Positions 34,464 through 60,386 of a stretch of DNA of 64,000 bases are shown here, piece by piece (within the stretch, counting starts at the first letter, position 1; every line of letters begins with the position of its first letter). The position numbers and the translations under genes were made by a program. Origin of the DNA: Aplysia californica (lineage: Eukaryota); NCBI RefSeq assembly GCF_000002075.1, contig NW_004797526.1, positions 581,889 to 645,888 on the forward strand, written 5' to 3'. Under the pieces are notes generated by a model. The model was not told the DNA's origin, did no database searches, and saw only the letters and a program-made list of their open reading frames with translations.

Positions 34464-35841
34464 TGCAATCAGAATGGTGATTTGCGATTTTTAAAAAAAT
34501 CAGACGTTTGCATATGTTGTAAGAGATGTTTCAATCGACAGACTCTGAACCAAGCAGACGTCTTGTTCTTCTTTGTGAAACAAATCGAGCCAAGGCTATT
34601 TGAGCGATGCTTGTGTGCACCGACCTAGCCCCACTCCACAAGGCATTGTTCGATTCTGAAAGAGCCGCTCGCCATGTGTAAAAATGGAGTCTGAATTAAT
34701 CCACTTGCAATTATAATTCACAACTTTTGCAGAAATTTAAGAAAATGCCGATCAAAGAACAAGGCACTGCTTTTTTTTTCGAAATGAGCTTTTGATTTTG
34801 ATTCCAATAGAGAAAGCCAGTACAATACTAGGCCTACATGAAATACACAGACATCATTAGGATCAACCATGAGACCAAGTGCCAGATAGCTGGGAGTTTT
34901 CCGGAACATCTATTACACACATTCTTGAACAGCAAATAAATAGATATGTATTAGGTTTTAATTCTTCACTTTTTGCCCAAATATTTCAAAATAACAATTT
35001 TATAATCTGATCAAAATCAGCATTTCCATTTAGTTTATGAGCTATATATTTTGGCATGAGGAAATTCTTGTTGTGCCAACTGGCATTGTTTCTAATGTCT
35101 CACTTTGAACTCACCGGTGAGGTCATATATTTTCTGTATCACTACTCCATTTTTAAAATTATGATCAAAACAATATTTAGCCACTATATTGTGCAAACAA
35201 TACTCATTTGCAATTTGTTTAGAGCTTTGATATTATGATGAAATGAGAAAGTATTTGAAATCGTTGCATATGCCTATGATGACAGTAATGGATTCCTTTT
35301 CTTTCGCGGATGGCCGCGATATCGGATTTGCACTGCTTCTCTCTATTTTTTTTCAGGATGAAATAAGAAAAATAACATGTAAAATTTAATGGTCGTGTTG
35401 GGGCAGCAAAAAAACTTGAAATGTATTTCCCACCAGAAGAAAAATTTCCGTTCCTAATTGTTACCCATTTGAAATTTCATTTAGACGTAGCGCTGTGTAG
35501 AAAACGCTGCTGCACAGAATTCTACACTTAGTGTAGAATTCTGTGCGCTGCTGTCAAATTTCATAATTCTATCTGGTAGCAGTATTTGGCGTATTTATAC
35601 GGTACTTAACCAGTAAATAATAGTAAAAAAAAAATACAAACAATTATAACAGAATTACATTAATTTACAAGCTTGAAGTTGTGACTATAAAAAGTAGATC
35701 TTATTGAATGTATGTAGATCTAATTAAAAGCATATTAGATGAAAATTGAAAATAACTTCTTATATCTGCATAAGAAAAAATGTGAAGCGTGTAGGCCTAT
35801 TATAATAATATATATATGTATAATTTAATGTGTTTGTGTTT

Positions 35842-35872
<31 letters not shown>

Positions 35873-36382
35873 GGTAGTAGCACTATTAAAAAAAAAAGTA
35901 ATGTAGGACACACTCGAATCTGGNNNNNNNNNNNNNNNNNNNNNNNNNNNNNNNNNNNNNNNNNNNNNNNNNNNNNNNNNNNNNNNNNNNNNNNNNNNNN
36001 NNNNNNNNNNNNNNNNNNNNNNNNNNNNNNNNNNNNNNNNNNNNNNNNNNNNNNNNNNNNNNNNNNNNNNNNNNNNNNNNNNNNNNNNNNNNNNNNNNCC
36101 TCGCATATTCTCTCCGTCCACGTTGTGGGTCCTCGAGATCCTGATCAGCTCAGTTTTTTTCTGTGTGTGTTGTTTGTCATAAAATTTGCATAAAGGCCAA
36201 CTGAGTAAATGCTGTTCTCCATCTTTCTTTGCTTTTCTTTTCCTCTGTCTGTCCAAACAATCGCAACTTCTCAAGCCCATTTGTTCTATTATTTGTGTGG
36301 CCAAAGAATCTCAATTATTGTCTCATTATTATGAGAATAATAGAATCTAATATTGGATCTCTATTCGGCTTTTTACTTGCAC

Positions 36383-36440
36383 GGCGTCACTGGTGATGCC
36401 ATGGCAGCGGGAATTTCAAAATGGCGTCCTTTTGTAAACA
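36383..36440 (+). promoter_or_regulatory. Candidate KIF24 core promoter motif cluster
   Basis: X-box-like GATGCCATGGCAGC, GCGGGAATTTCAAA (E2F/CHR-like), AAAATGGCG (YY1-like) and TGTAAACA (Fox) within 60 bp, 2.2 kb upstream of the ATG exon. Confidence 0.45.
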
Positions 36441-38587
36441 AATTATAATAAAAAGTTACAGGTTCGTTTCTGGCTCTGCCAAACCTGCTTTATTAAATGT
36501 CTGTTCTTGCCAAAGAGTTCGATATTAGAAAATCAGTGTTTTCAAGAGCTGAGAAGGGATTAGGAATGTTCTTGTGTTTGTTTATACTCATGACCAATCC
36601 ACGAAGAGAGAGCAATGCAAGTCTTGACGTGTTACCGACCGCCACCATTGTTGAAAACTTGAAATGGTGCCAGCGGTCTCGGCGAAAGAACTTGTAAAGT
36701 AAGTTTACCAATACGTCACTCTCTAAATTTGAAACATTCCATTTCAATGTTTGATATTCTTTTTGTTGGTGTTTTCCAATGAGTGCTAGTTTTCCCATGA
36801 TGATAGTGTTTTGATTTTTTAAATGTTATATCTACATTATATTTACGTTATTTGGGTGTTGAATTGGAATACGGATACAAGCAGGAAAGGAAGACCACAT
36901 GTGAACACAGTACAATCTACGATACAGTCAGTTGATCCACAAAAATATGCATTTGATCAAAATATTTGCTTAAGCCCTGAAACCCTTCAGCTTGTCCCTA
37001 CCTGTAGAGGTATCGATCAGTGCGCTATAGCTGTAGTCTATAGTTTAAAAAGCAGCTAGATCTGGCTGCAATTTTTATGTCATCTAGATCTAGATCTAAT
37101 AGATCTATAAGTTCATGGATTTGGTGAAGCATCTTTTTTTTTTTTCGAACTATACAAATTAAATAAGCTAAAAAGCTAATGTATTGTTTCAATGCCACAA
37201 GAGAGAAATGAGTCGAAGGAGATTCTGGCATGATTGTTGATGGTTGATTCTGTGAGGGAACTGAAAATCCATGACCATTATTCTTAAAGGTGTAAAGCAG
37301 TGTTTAAACACTCTCAATCTTATTTTAATGTACAATACCATAGATCTGGTATATTTACTTCATAATATGGTCTTTGTGTTGGTGTAGACCATGCAATAGA
37401 TCTTGTAAATGATCTAGCATCTACTGCCACTATAATTATATATAGATCTATATTACTGAGATTTTCATACCGCATTTTTTGGGTTTATTGTTTTCATTTT
37501 CGTACCTTTGCTTTTTGTCGAGATTTAACAATGGAAATGATTCCCCACCCTTCACTCTGATTATAACTAGTTTGCTTTTGTTTTTCAGATTTTAAGTCAT
37601 TATATATATGGGATTTGAGACTGAAAAATTATTGAAACTGAAGCAAGAAACAAAGATCATTTGCAATTAGAGAGGGAAGCTATATTTATAATTCACAAAC
37701 AGTTGTGAAAGGTACAATGATTAACTGTTCATTGAGTCTAACTGAGGAGGTATATCCTTTAAAATCTTGTTTTGATTAACTGATATTATGAGGACTGTCA
37801 CTTATGTACGCGACCACAATCAACATTTATTATATTCCAGTAAATTTTTCACTTTCCTTAATTTTTTTTATAGCTTGCCATGAAAAAGGGTGAAAAATTT
37901 AACAAAAAAGGGATTCTTCTATTTCTAATAATTGAAACATAAGGTTTGTGAGTCTAAGGAGGAGTTTAACCTTCCCAAGTCTTGATAAAGATAATTATTA
38001 TGTTATTGGTATAGAGGTTTCTGAAGTAAGTTGTGTTGCTGTAGGTGGTGATGAATGATGTAAGAACCAAAATATAGAATAGCTGCTTGCAACCGTGAGG
38101 AAATTTGGTAAATTTAATGTTTTTCTTGCTTTCTTAAATATAGGGCTAGGTTTTTGGGTTCAACACCACAGGCGGGAAGGTCTTTGCCTGAAATTGTTTG
38201 GCTTTCAATTATCTTAAGCTTAACCAGGGCATCCTATAATATGCTATCATAAGAGGCTCTGCATGTCTTGCAGTTACATGTGAAAATGGAGCTTGGGATG
38301 TCTCTACCTGATAGATGGCTTTATTTGAAAATTGGAAGCACCTTTATCACAGGCAGCAAGACTGTCCAGCCAAGTGTTAAACGATATGTCATAAGCTTGA
38401 GAAGTGTTGTGAGTTGTCTATTGAAAGCAAACAATTTTAAAGCTTTTTTCACTCCAACGGGTTTCAGAATCGTTGAAGTACACAAACAAACTGTTAAAAC
38501 TATTAATTGAAAAGAATTAGGCCTGTTGTCCTGTTTGATTTACCGCATACATGAATTAATTTCTTTTGTTATCTTTCAGGCTTTGAC

Positions 38588-50851
<12,264 letters not shown>

Positions 50852-50989
50852 ACATACCATGAACATGGTAACAGTAAAACTCAGAACGAGTACCAGTTGA
50901 CATAAACATGTTTTTATTTAAGAATTATGGATTTTCAGCTTGTTTTAAATGCTGATTTAAGTTTGAAAACGAGTTAATTGGCCCTTTCT

Positions 50990-51031
<42 letters not shown>

Positions 51032-51320
51032 AATATACTTGAGTTCTGATCCCCAACCTGCTCATATGTGCAAGGGCACAAAATTATAGCATAAATTGTC
51101 ACCAAGACTGGTTTCAAGCATTGTTGTTTTTATTTTTTTATATTTTAGATGCCATAAAATGTCAGCTAACCCATAAGTTTGTATTTAGTTCTTGCCATAA
51201 TTTCATTTACAATTATGGTGCTCTTACCTATTTCCATGAAAATGAAATCAAGAACGCCATTCATTTGTTATATTTGTCTTAGTTTCACAGGGAAGTAATC
51301 TCTGAGAATTTTATGAGTTA

Positions 51321-51879
51321 GGCTGGTCCCAGAGTGGCTCTGTAGGTCTGATCTGTAGCTCGCCTAGCTCGTACCATGCAAATGAACGTATACATTATCG
51401 TGTGGCTGAGCAGCGTCACTGTATGATCTGTCCGTTGTCCGCTGAGCTGCGGGACGTGTCAGACGTGCTATTCAACAGTGTTGTAAAAACACAATGGACA
51501 TGTGTCACTCGCAGCCTCGCTTTGTGTTCATTTTCGACTGAAATTCTTCATAGATCATCAAAGTCAGCAAGAAGTAAGTATTATTAGGTGCTTTACTATA
51601 AGATATTGATGCTAGCTTCAACACTTGACCACAGAATCCCAAGAAATGCACTTTATCCTACATTAAAATTTCGAATCAAGAGGTTGACCTAGTTTTGACT
51701 GTTTGTTTACATTCGTAGGCCTGTGTGCTTTTAGTTTTAGCCTAGTGCGGCTGTGCTGATACACAGAGGGCACTCACTCAGACATAGAAGCCAACGCACA
51801 GTGCGGCTATGGTGACACATAGACGGCGTGTGCTTGGCAAGCTAAATGTCAGACTTACAGAGCCACTCTGGGACCAGCC
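51321..51879. mobile_element. PIF/Harbinger-type MITE downstream of the KIF24 stop
   Basis: TTA|GGCTGGTCCCAGAGTGGCTCTGTA...TACAGAGCCACTCTGGGACCAGCC|TTA; perfect 24-bp TIR and 3-bp TSD. Confidence 0.87.
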
Positions 51880-54214
51880 TTAAGGTCAACTTTTTATACA
51901 TTGCATGATGTGGCTCATACTCATGATGATGCTTAGGTTTTATCAAGTTAGAGGTGCACAGTTTCTCAGCTAACTGTATTAGCATATATATATATTTGCC
52001 GATTGCTGTTGAAACTGTTTCTTGTTAATGTTACAACAAGATGAGCAGATTGTCCTATCAGGTGATGTGATCACTTTTGTATATTGTGCTCTGTATAATT
52101 TATATGTGTAAAAGACCATTGGGCCAGATGGTTTTTACATAAGAATGAATTCACAATGCATTTTTACATGGCTAGGTTATTTTTTGTTTTGAGCTAATAT
52201 TCTATTTGAATTAGTACATTGTGAAATCTGGATGTTTCGTCTTTGAATTTTGATATGTTGCTAATTTTCTTTGAAGTTAATAGCTTGACTGTACTGGGGA
52301 AGAAATTTTTGGTCAATTTTTTCAAAGTTAAAATAACATAAATTTTAAACTGCCAGTGAGTTACAGCATCGGAAATGTTGTGTGATAAAATGCACTACAC
52401 TCAAACGACAGTAAAAAATAATAATGCTACAGTTGTGGAGAAACAAAATGGAAGATGTTTGAGGAGAATAAGAATGCACTTTACGTGAATGATACTTACT
52501 TTCTAGGTTGCTCTGCTGGTGATTCCTACCTTTAGAGTATCTTGAGTAAAAAAAAAAAATTCCAGTAATACAGAAAAAAACCCAGTGCTTTCATTTGTAC
52601 ATGCATTCCTGCTACTCGGAAATGATTTTTTAAAATACAGGTACATTTATATATCTTATGTCCTGATATCCATAGCACTCATGTTCAATTCCAGTTAGAT
52701 AAATATTGTTGGAAGGTGAAAAAAAACAGTGGGCCTCCTGCCATCAGCTGATTGCACGTGCACATCACATTATACTGCACTGTTTACCAGTTGAGCATAA
52801 CAATAACAACCATGGTCTTTTAAGGGTTAACTTGTGAAATTTTATTGGAGCTGAGATCTTCTATTTTGTCTTTATTATATATATGTTCTCTTGCTAGATC
52901 TCAGGCGGAGTTGACAATAGGTTTCTCAACACACAGGGCAACAGGTTGTTTTTTATGTGGCCTACTTTCTTCTAGTTCAAGATAAGCTTGATCCACCTTT
53001 TTAGCTGCAGAGTTTTAGAGCATTAGAAGCAACACTTTGTTTGATAATATGATTTTAAGGTTGTGCTGCTGTCTCAAAGAACGCTCGTAATTCACGAAAC
53101 TTGGCTGAGCGAGCTTATTGTGATCAACATATAGGCCTATTTTGATATCGATATCATTTTTAACAAACTGTGATATGTTTATCATGATCAGATTGTCTGT
53201 CTATCTTTGTTGTTACTTTTTAGTTTTTAAGGTAGGCCTACTTTTTAGAAACCAGCCCCCAACACCTATTTGACATATCATGTAATTTGTAGAGGTAATG
53301 TTTAGTTTATACATAAATCTAAGTCATGCTGATGTCAAAATCAATTGCCAAAGACAAATTTATTGTAGCAAATTGTAGCAAAAATTTGTAATAAACAATA
53401 TGCCTATTCTCCCAAGTGCTTCTAGCAAGCAGGTATCATCAAGACCATCACGTTTCATAATACAACATGATACAAGGTATACCAATCAATTACAACAGCC
53501 TATTCTGGGTGTGCACATCCTCACGAGTTGATTACTCAATTAATCATGACATCAGCTGACAACAATTTGTAAAATCATTCATTTTATTTGGGGCGTTTGC
53601 CATTGCTGTCAACACAATGAATTTTGTGAAAAACAAAGTCGTATTTATTACCTTTTTTCCTGATTCCTTATTAGTTTCTCCCTGTGTTCTTCACTTTTCC
53701 TCTTAACTTACAGTCTAGTTTATATCCCCTGGGGTACTTGAAACATTGTCTTTAAAAACGGTTTTGTTGCAAACTCCTTCTAATGTACTTTATTCTTTGT
53801 GTAAAACCATTCTGTTTACCATGGAAAGAGAAATGTTTGTTAGCAGTATTAAAATGCCGGATAATTTATAACAAATGAGGAAAAAAAGGCTCTGTTATTT
53901 TGACTGCAGTTATTAATTACACTAGTGACCTTTTTTCACAGTACGTATTTATGATCTTTATGTTGAGAGTGAATAGTTGATATGAATTTGTTTTACAAGT
54001 AATGTTTTTAATTAAAATCTGTTCATTAACTCTCTCTTTACATGAATGGAGTACCTTATTGCAAATTGCAGAATAGTGATAAGAAGCCCTGAGAGTGATA
54101 TATTGCTGACAAAATATGTTCTGGCATATCAATGCCGTTTGTTTTCACTCCTGGATCTCTATGGGTATTGTGGATGTTCACTTTTATGAACACAGTATAA
54201 TTGAAATATTTTGA

Positions 54215-54220
54215 AATAAA
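54215..54220 (+). terminator. Candidate KIF24 polyadenylation signal
   Basis: AATAAA followed ~30 nt later by a GT/T-rich tract. Confidence 0.4.
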
Positions 54221-56440
54221 ATGAGTTATTTCAATTGCCAAAATCAAAGTCTGTTTTCTTCATGTTATGTGTTTAGGCTTTTGCCATGAAGAATTGCTGG
54301 ACATAACACTTTTGTAAGAAATGCGGGTGCAGGTGGGAATAACTTAAACAATGTCTCTACAATATAAAATATACACACATCTCACACAGGATTTTTTTTT
54401 CACTTCATCATGATTCTCTTTAATTGTACTGAAAACATCCTTCGTTTTGTGAAAGAAAACATACAGTACATACCAAAGTAAGGCCAAAGTAGCCTACTCA
54501 TGGTAATTTTATTTTCAAATGTAGTTGTGCACATCCTAAAATTTTGAAATGTGATTATTCAAGTCCTGATATGCAAAAAATTACCTTGCTATACACTGCG
54601 AAAAATCCTGTCAGTTCGTTACAGTTTTTTGATATGTGAAATCCCCAGCTTGCACTGTATGTTTCCCAAGAAGCTGAGAATGATTTTGAGTGTCCTAGGG
54701 TCTACTAGGGTAACAATAATAGGTGTAAAGCGCATAGAGCATGCTGTAGTGTGTGGATATGTGTATATAAACATGCAATTATTATTATTAATATTATTAT
54801 TACAATATCAGTCATTTAGTGTAGGAAAAGCAAGACAGGAACATCAGAGAAAAAGAACCAGGACCAACCAGAGATGTCCTCCACCACCCAGTCCAATCTC
54901 TTCAAACTGCAGAATAAACATCGCTGTCTTCCATCCTGGCAAACTGAGCACACAGTAATATTTTTAACACTACAAAATAACAGTGCTTTGGTAAAACCCT
55001 TTCATCACCTTGGACATCACTTTGTAAAATATTAAAATATGTAATCATGTTGGACGGATTTAAGCCCACTGTGCGAAATCTCTCTATCTAAAAAAAAAGT
55101 GTGTCAATGAACTTGGAAATAGCTGACATTGTGCTCAGTTAGAAATTTTACTTCAATAAAAATTAAGTCAAGCCTTAAGACGATTGAGGGATGGATATAT
55201 TGCAACTTGAGTTGGGAACCAACACAGACATCTAGAGCATTTCTACATCACCTCTGTATATCGATGCTAAGCAACCCTTAAAAATACCTGTACCCATCTT
55301 GAGTTTTGTATCAATGTGTTTTTCATAGGGGCATCAACTTGATCTTGACCTATTTCCATTTGGGAAAACCAACACTCTAACAATTATTTCTTGACTTGCA
55401 AGGGAAAAGTAGCCTACCTGATAGGGAAGGTTCATGTCTGAATGTCTCAGTAGGAAACTACACAATTTTTAAGGACACACTGTTAGTGTTAGTTTTTCTT
55501 TGAGATATGAAACCAGCCAACCAGAAGAAAAAAAAAGAAACTTGTACAAGTTCCACTACTTCTTTTATTTTGATAGATAGAAAGATGCTACTCTAACTCT
55601 AAGGTATCGGATGAGCGTCCTCCCCTCGCTTACTAGTTATCAGTTTTTTTGTGCACTCCCCACTACTTATTCCATACCCCCGATATTATTTTCCAGCTTG
55701 CCACGACTGACGATCATGTGAAGCATTATATCTAAAATCTAGATATCTGAAGGAAACTCCTTTTTTTTGTGTCAATGGCAAATTACCCTCAGTATTGCAG
55801 GTACCGGTACCGGGTTGGCTACCTTAATTTTGTGCATTTTAAAAACTTTTGTACATTGGTTTATATTTTTTAATGAAACTGGTTTGTTCCTAAATGGGAA
55901 AAGTTATCACAGTACCTTACAAAATCATTAAAATTTCAAGATCTCTTGTTCTTGTATTCACTGAAGGAGAAATAAAACAGATTTGTTCCTACTAGTCCAC
56001 AGGGGTATGAGGTCGAATGAGCCAGCCCCCACCCCCTCCCTGTTTATTAATTTTGGACCACTTGTCCACCCATATCTTAGAGTATATGAACAAAGAGTAA
56101 ATAAAGGCAATGACCAAAGAATAAATAAAGGCGATAATTTTTGACAAAATATGAACTTTAATCACAGCCTAAGCCACAGAACTCTTTCAACTCAAACCAC
56201 AGTCAATAACTAGCCACAACACAGACAACAAATGGCGACAAATCTTATACAAAATACATTTGTATTTGTAGAGGAAGGTCATTGAACAGAGTCAAAATTT
56301 AAATGCAAGCCTTTTGTGTCCAATAAAGAAGAAAAAACGAAAGATAAAGAAGTGGAAGGTCTAACATATATTAATGTACATTATACTTCATTAGTGAAGG
56401 ATTCATTAACTTCAAAGCTTTCTAGTACAGTACTACTTAA

Positions 56441-56678
56441 CCTTATCCGTACGCCCTGAGGTCATTTTGTACCCCCGGGGTTGTATTTTTCACATTTTAG
56501 AATACTTCTAGTACAAAGATCTCTATGAAATTTTCAGTATTTCTCAAAAAATCATTTTAACAGACTGCTATGCAAAGCCTACGGATCAGATTAACGAGTA
56601 AATTTCCTCTTTGGAAAGTGGTGGCACAGAGTTCCCCACGCCGTATGGACAATAGTAAAACACGACGTACAGATAGGG
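56441..56678. mobile_element. Degenerate piggyBac-type MITE
   Basis: TTAA|CCTTATCCGTACG...CGTACAGATAGGG|TTGA. Confidence 0.6.
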
Positions 56679-58958
56679 TTGACAGTTACTTAATACCTGA
56701 ATAAGAGTTCAAACTGTAGGGTCTTTCTCACCATTCACTGGAGCCTGGCTCCATTCTTTTCTTACTTTTAAGTTAAAGCAATATAAAAGTAAAAGTAAGG
56801 CAGCATGGACTCTTTCTTAACAATGCTGAGGAAAGAAAATTGTTTAGTGAAAAACCTGCAGTAAAAATGTTCTATTTTAAACACCTGTCCAGCACACTGT
56901 GTCCTTACACTGGCACGTAGCATCTGGATGTCTTGGAACTAGTGAATATAATATAAAAATGGGCTTCTCACCCAAATGTGAAGCAGGTAGATGTCTTATC
57001 ACCATACATGTTGAACTAAGAAACACCTCGACTACACCACAGCGATGATGGGAATGTAACCTGGTGTGGCACCTTTTCCAAGACTGAAATGGATACCAAC
57101 ACTGAGCCCATAACAAGCATAAAGCTCCCAATTCATGAAACACAGAGTACAAGAAGCTGGAAACTTAAAACCAGATGGCATTTTCTACTTTGCATTACAT
57201 TAGAAAAGAGCGATAACAACAATTATAGTAATAGAACATAATTTCCATGTTTCTCGCACTGGACATTTCATTGATGTAAAGGCCAGGATGCTATCTGAAC
57301 TATCTACTTCAGTCATATATGATACGTAGTTCAATATGAACAAATGATGGAGGAAAAAGCACATGGACACAATCATGGTCAAATCAGTGAAGGAGAAAGC
57401 ACCTTCAAGAAAGACATTAAAAAATACAAGTATAAATGTATGTGTGCAAATCTCAAGGCACAGTTTTTATTCATTCAATAGAACTAACGCAGGTGTTTCT
57501 TTTTAAGTACGCCACATGCTGCACTGTCAGAAAATTTTACAAACTAAATAATGAAAGAGATTCAGTTTTCTTCAGAAACTTCCACAAAGAAAAGAGTGTT
57601 ATAATAGTTATGATACAAATCCCCCCCCCCTCCCCCAAGAAATTTTGGAGGTAGATTACCCTATCATATTTGCCCCTCTGAGAAAGGAAAGGAAACATTG
57701 CTCAGCACAAGTTGGTTCACCCAGGAAGAGAAACTGAAAACAGCTCAAGATTCAATCCATCACATGACCCACGAGAGGCAGATTTATATTCAAATTCAAT
57801 CCAGGTAAAAAAAATTACCCGTATAGATCTACATACAGTTCCAAACTAAAAGAAACAGCTGTCAAGGTAGCAGGTTTTTCTCACCATGATTACAGAACTA
57901 TGAGAAAAAAGAAATTTCGTGATGTATTGATGCCCCCTCCCTTCTTTTGGCATTTTTTAATAAAGGCAGTACAGATTTAATCATAGACAGTCAGTATATT
58001 TTTGCAAACAAAGAACAAATAAATCATTAGGCAACTAATTAGAATTAAACATAATTTTACTAAGATATTAGTAACTTCGGGAGAAGATCCCAGGTAAGTC
58101 ATTGGATCCAAATTCTCATGTCATCCTTTCAATTTTTTTCTTATTTCTATAATAGAAATATAACTAATATTGTCATAGGACATTCTATGATTTTCTGAGT
58201 TTTCCACCATGTTGCTTTTTAAAACACCTGTACTGTCATGACATGTACATGGACCTCGAGCTGAATAATCTTGGCCCTTTATTTAACTACACTGAAGGGA
58301 AGCAGAGTCCTCCAGTCACATCCTCCACATGAATGGATCACACTGACCTTTGAAAGAAAACGCCAAAAGGAAAGAGAGGAGAATAAGGGTACACCTCTCA
58401 ATCAATGAATATTTGCTGTGCATCTTGACTCACAAGAAAAGTAAGTCAATCATTTCTTTTCCTCTATCAAAACTCCTATCATTTTGTAATTTGGAAATGA
58501 AATGTGACATGGAGAACTGTAATTGTAATGTAATCTTGAACTTGTCCTAAATCACTACCCAAGAATTACAAAGTTCTATCTGCTCATTATCTAGTTCTGA
58601 GAAATTTGAAAGTAAAGATTTTGAGTTTCACAGAATGTCATGGTCTTTCGAATGCAATTCTTTGAATATCATGATAATGACTCAGAACTTATAGTGAGAA
58701 TGTCTCAGTTCAAAGATTGACCAAACTTTTATATTATAACCTAAAAAAACCCCTGACATTTTGAAATCATTAAAGTAGAATATGTATTATATGGTAAAAA
58801 TAAAAACCGCTAGATATTGTCCTAGAATCATTCAGGACACAAAATGGTGAGTGTGTGTGTGTGTGTTTGTGCGTGTGTTTGTGTGTGAGTATTTGTGTGT
58901 TTGAGAACCCAATCAAAATGAGCAAACTGTAGGGTAGGAAGAAAACTGGATTCAGGTA

Positions 58959-59715
58959 CAATAGAATCCTGCTATAATGTGAGGGAGGGGACTGGTGCGA
59001 AATGCCCGTTATAGCCGGATTCTCGTTATAAGGGATCCAGTAATAAATTCATCGGAAATAATAAAGTAAGCCTAATCTATGAGTTTGGTGTTCCGTTTAT
59101 TCCTTTTGTTATATCTCCTGATGATGATTTTGTTCAAAATGACCTCTAGGTCTTACTTCATCAAAAATCGAATCAGGTTTCTTTCTCTAGCGCTAGCGAT
59201 GTTGACAGCTCCGCTGGCTCTAGGCTAACTCACCCGCTGTGTTGTCCCCCCACCCCACCACATCCTGTGGTGCGTTCCGTCTGCTAAGTTGTACATGACA
59301 CACATTCGCTCCATCCATCACAGCACTGTGACCTCTCCATCCCCGCATCGAAGAAGTGAGAGGCACGGTAGGCCTAATATAATCTAGACTAGGCTGGCTA
59401 CGCCAGACCCTTCCCACTCATTTGTTCTGGCCTTCGTTGTTGGCACATGTGGGCTCCCCCATTCTTTGTTTCGCTAGATCACTAACAAGTTTCTCAACTG
59501 GCGAGGTTTTACATAAATGTATAATTGGCCTACGCGCTGTGCACAGCAGCAGCAATATTCCACAATAACTGACTGAGGTGTTAGTCTGATTGTACTATAG
59601 CAGTATTTTATTTACAAAGATAAAGAAGGGCGAAAAAAAGGGGTTTTAGAATAGTGTCTTTATAACAGAAGCGTTATTTCATTATTTCAGGACTCGTTAT
59701 AAGTGGACTCCACTG
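58959..59715. mobile_element. pogo/Tigger-like MITE
   Basis: TA|CAATAGAATCC...TATAA and TTATAAGTGGACTCCACTG|TA; subterminal CGTTATA repeats. Confidence 0.65.
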
Positions 59716-60386
59716 TAAAAAATCTAAATTAAATGGGGTATCAGCTGATTTTGCTATCAATCAAGGAAATTTGGTAGAGACTCAAGTGTGGTTTGCTCCT
59801 TCTTTCCCATCGAAATCTGTCACCATTATCTCTCCTTCTCTTTTTTGTATATTAGTCTCTGTTAACATCTATAATCTCTGGTGTTTATATTAACCATTTG
59901 TGCTGCAAGTGCCACAGAAAACTACTTCTAAAATGCCACCCAAACAATCACTGTCAGTATAAAAACAAGTCATCAGGTTATCAACAACAAAAAAGCACAT
60001 CTTGTTTAATATCCCTTTAAAAAAACCCAAGTCATTTCACAAAAGAATAATGCATGGAATAATTTTTAATATTGGGTGTGGTTAAAAAAAATTATATTTC
60101 CAACAGCCCACCGAATGAGATCGCCAAAATCTTTTCACACACCTACATAGTCAAGTGCAATGATCATGTTACTGTCAATTTAAAATCTTATTTGTCAAAA
60201 ATAGTAAAAAAAAATTTTTTTAAAAAGGAGGTTAAAAAAGATCCACATAAAGAAATTATGTGTGTTGTGTAACACGCTGACAAAATGTGAGCATTCCACA
60301 GCGCCACACGCTTTAAATTTTACCTTGTGAAAAACAGTCCCAGTAAAAAGCAGTGTTGGGCATTTAATTAAGGAGTGGCTTTTTAA

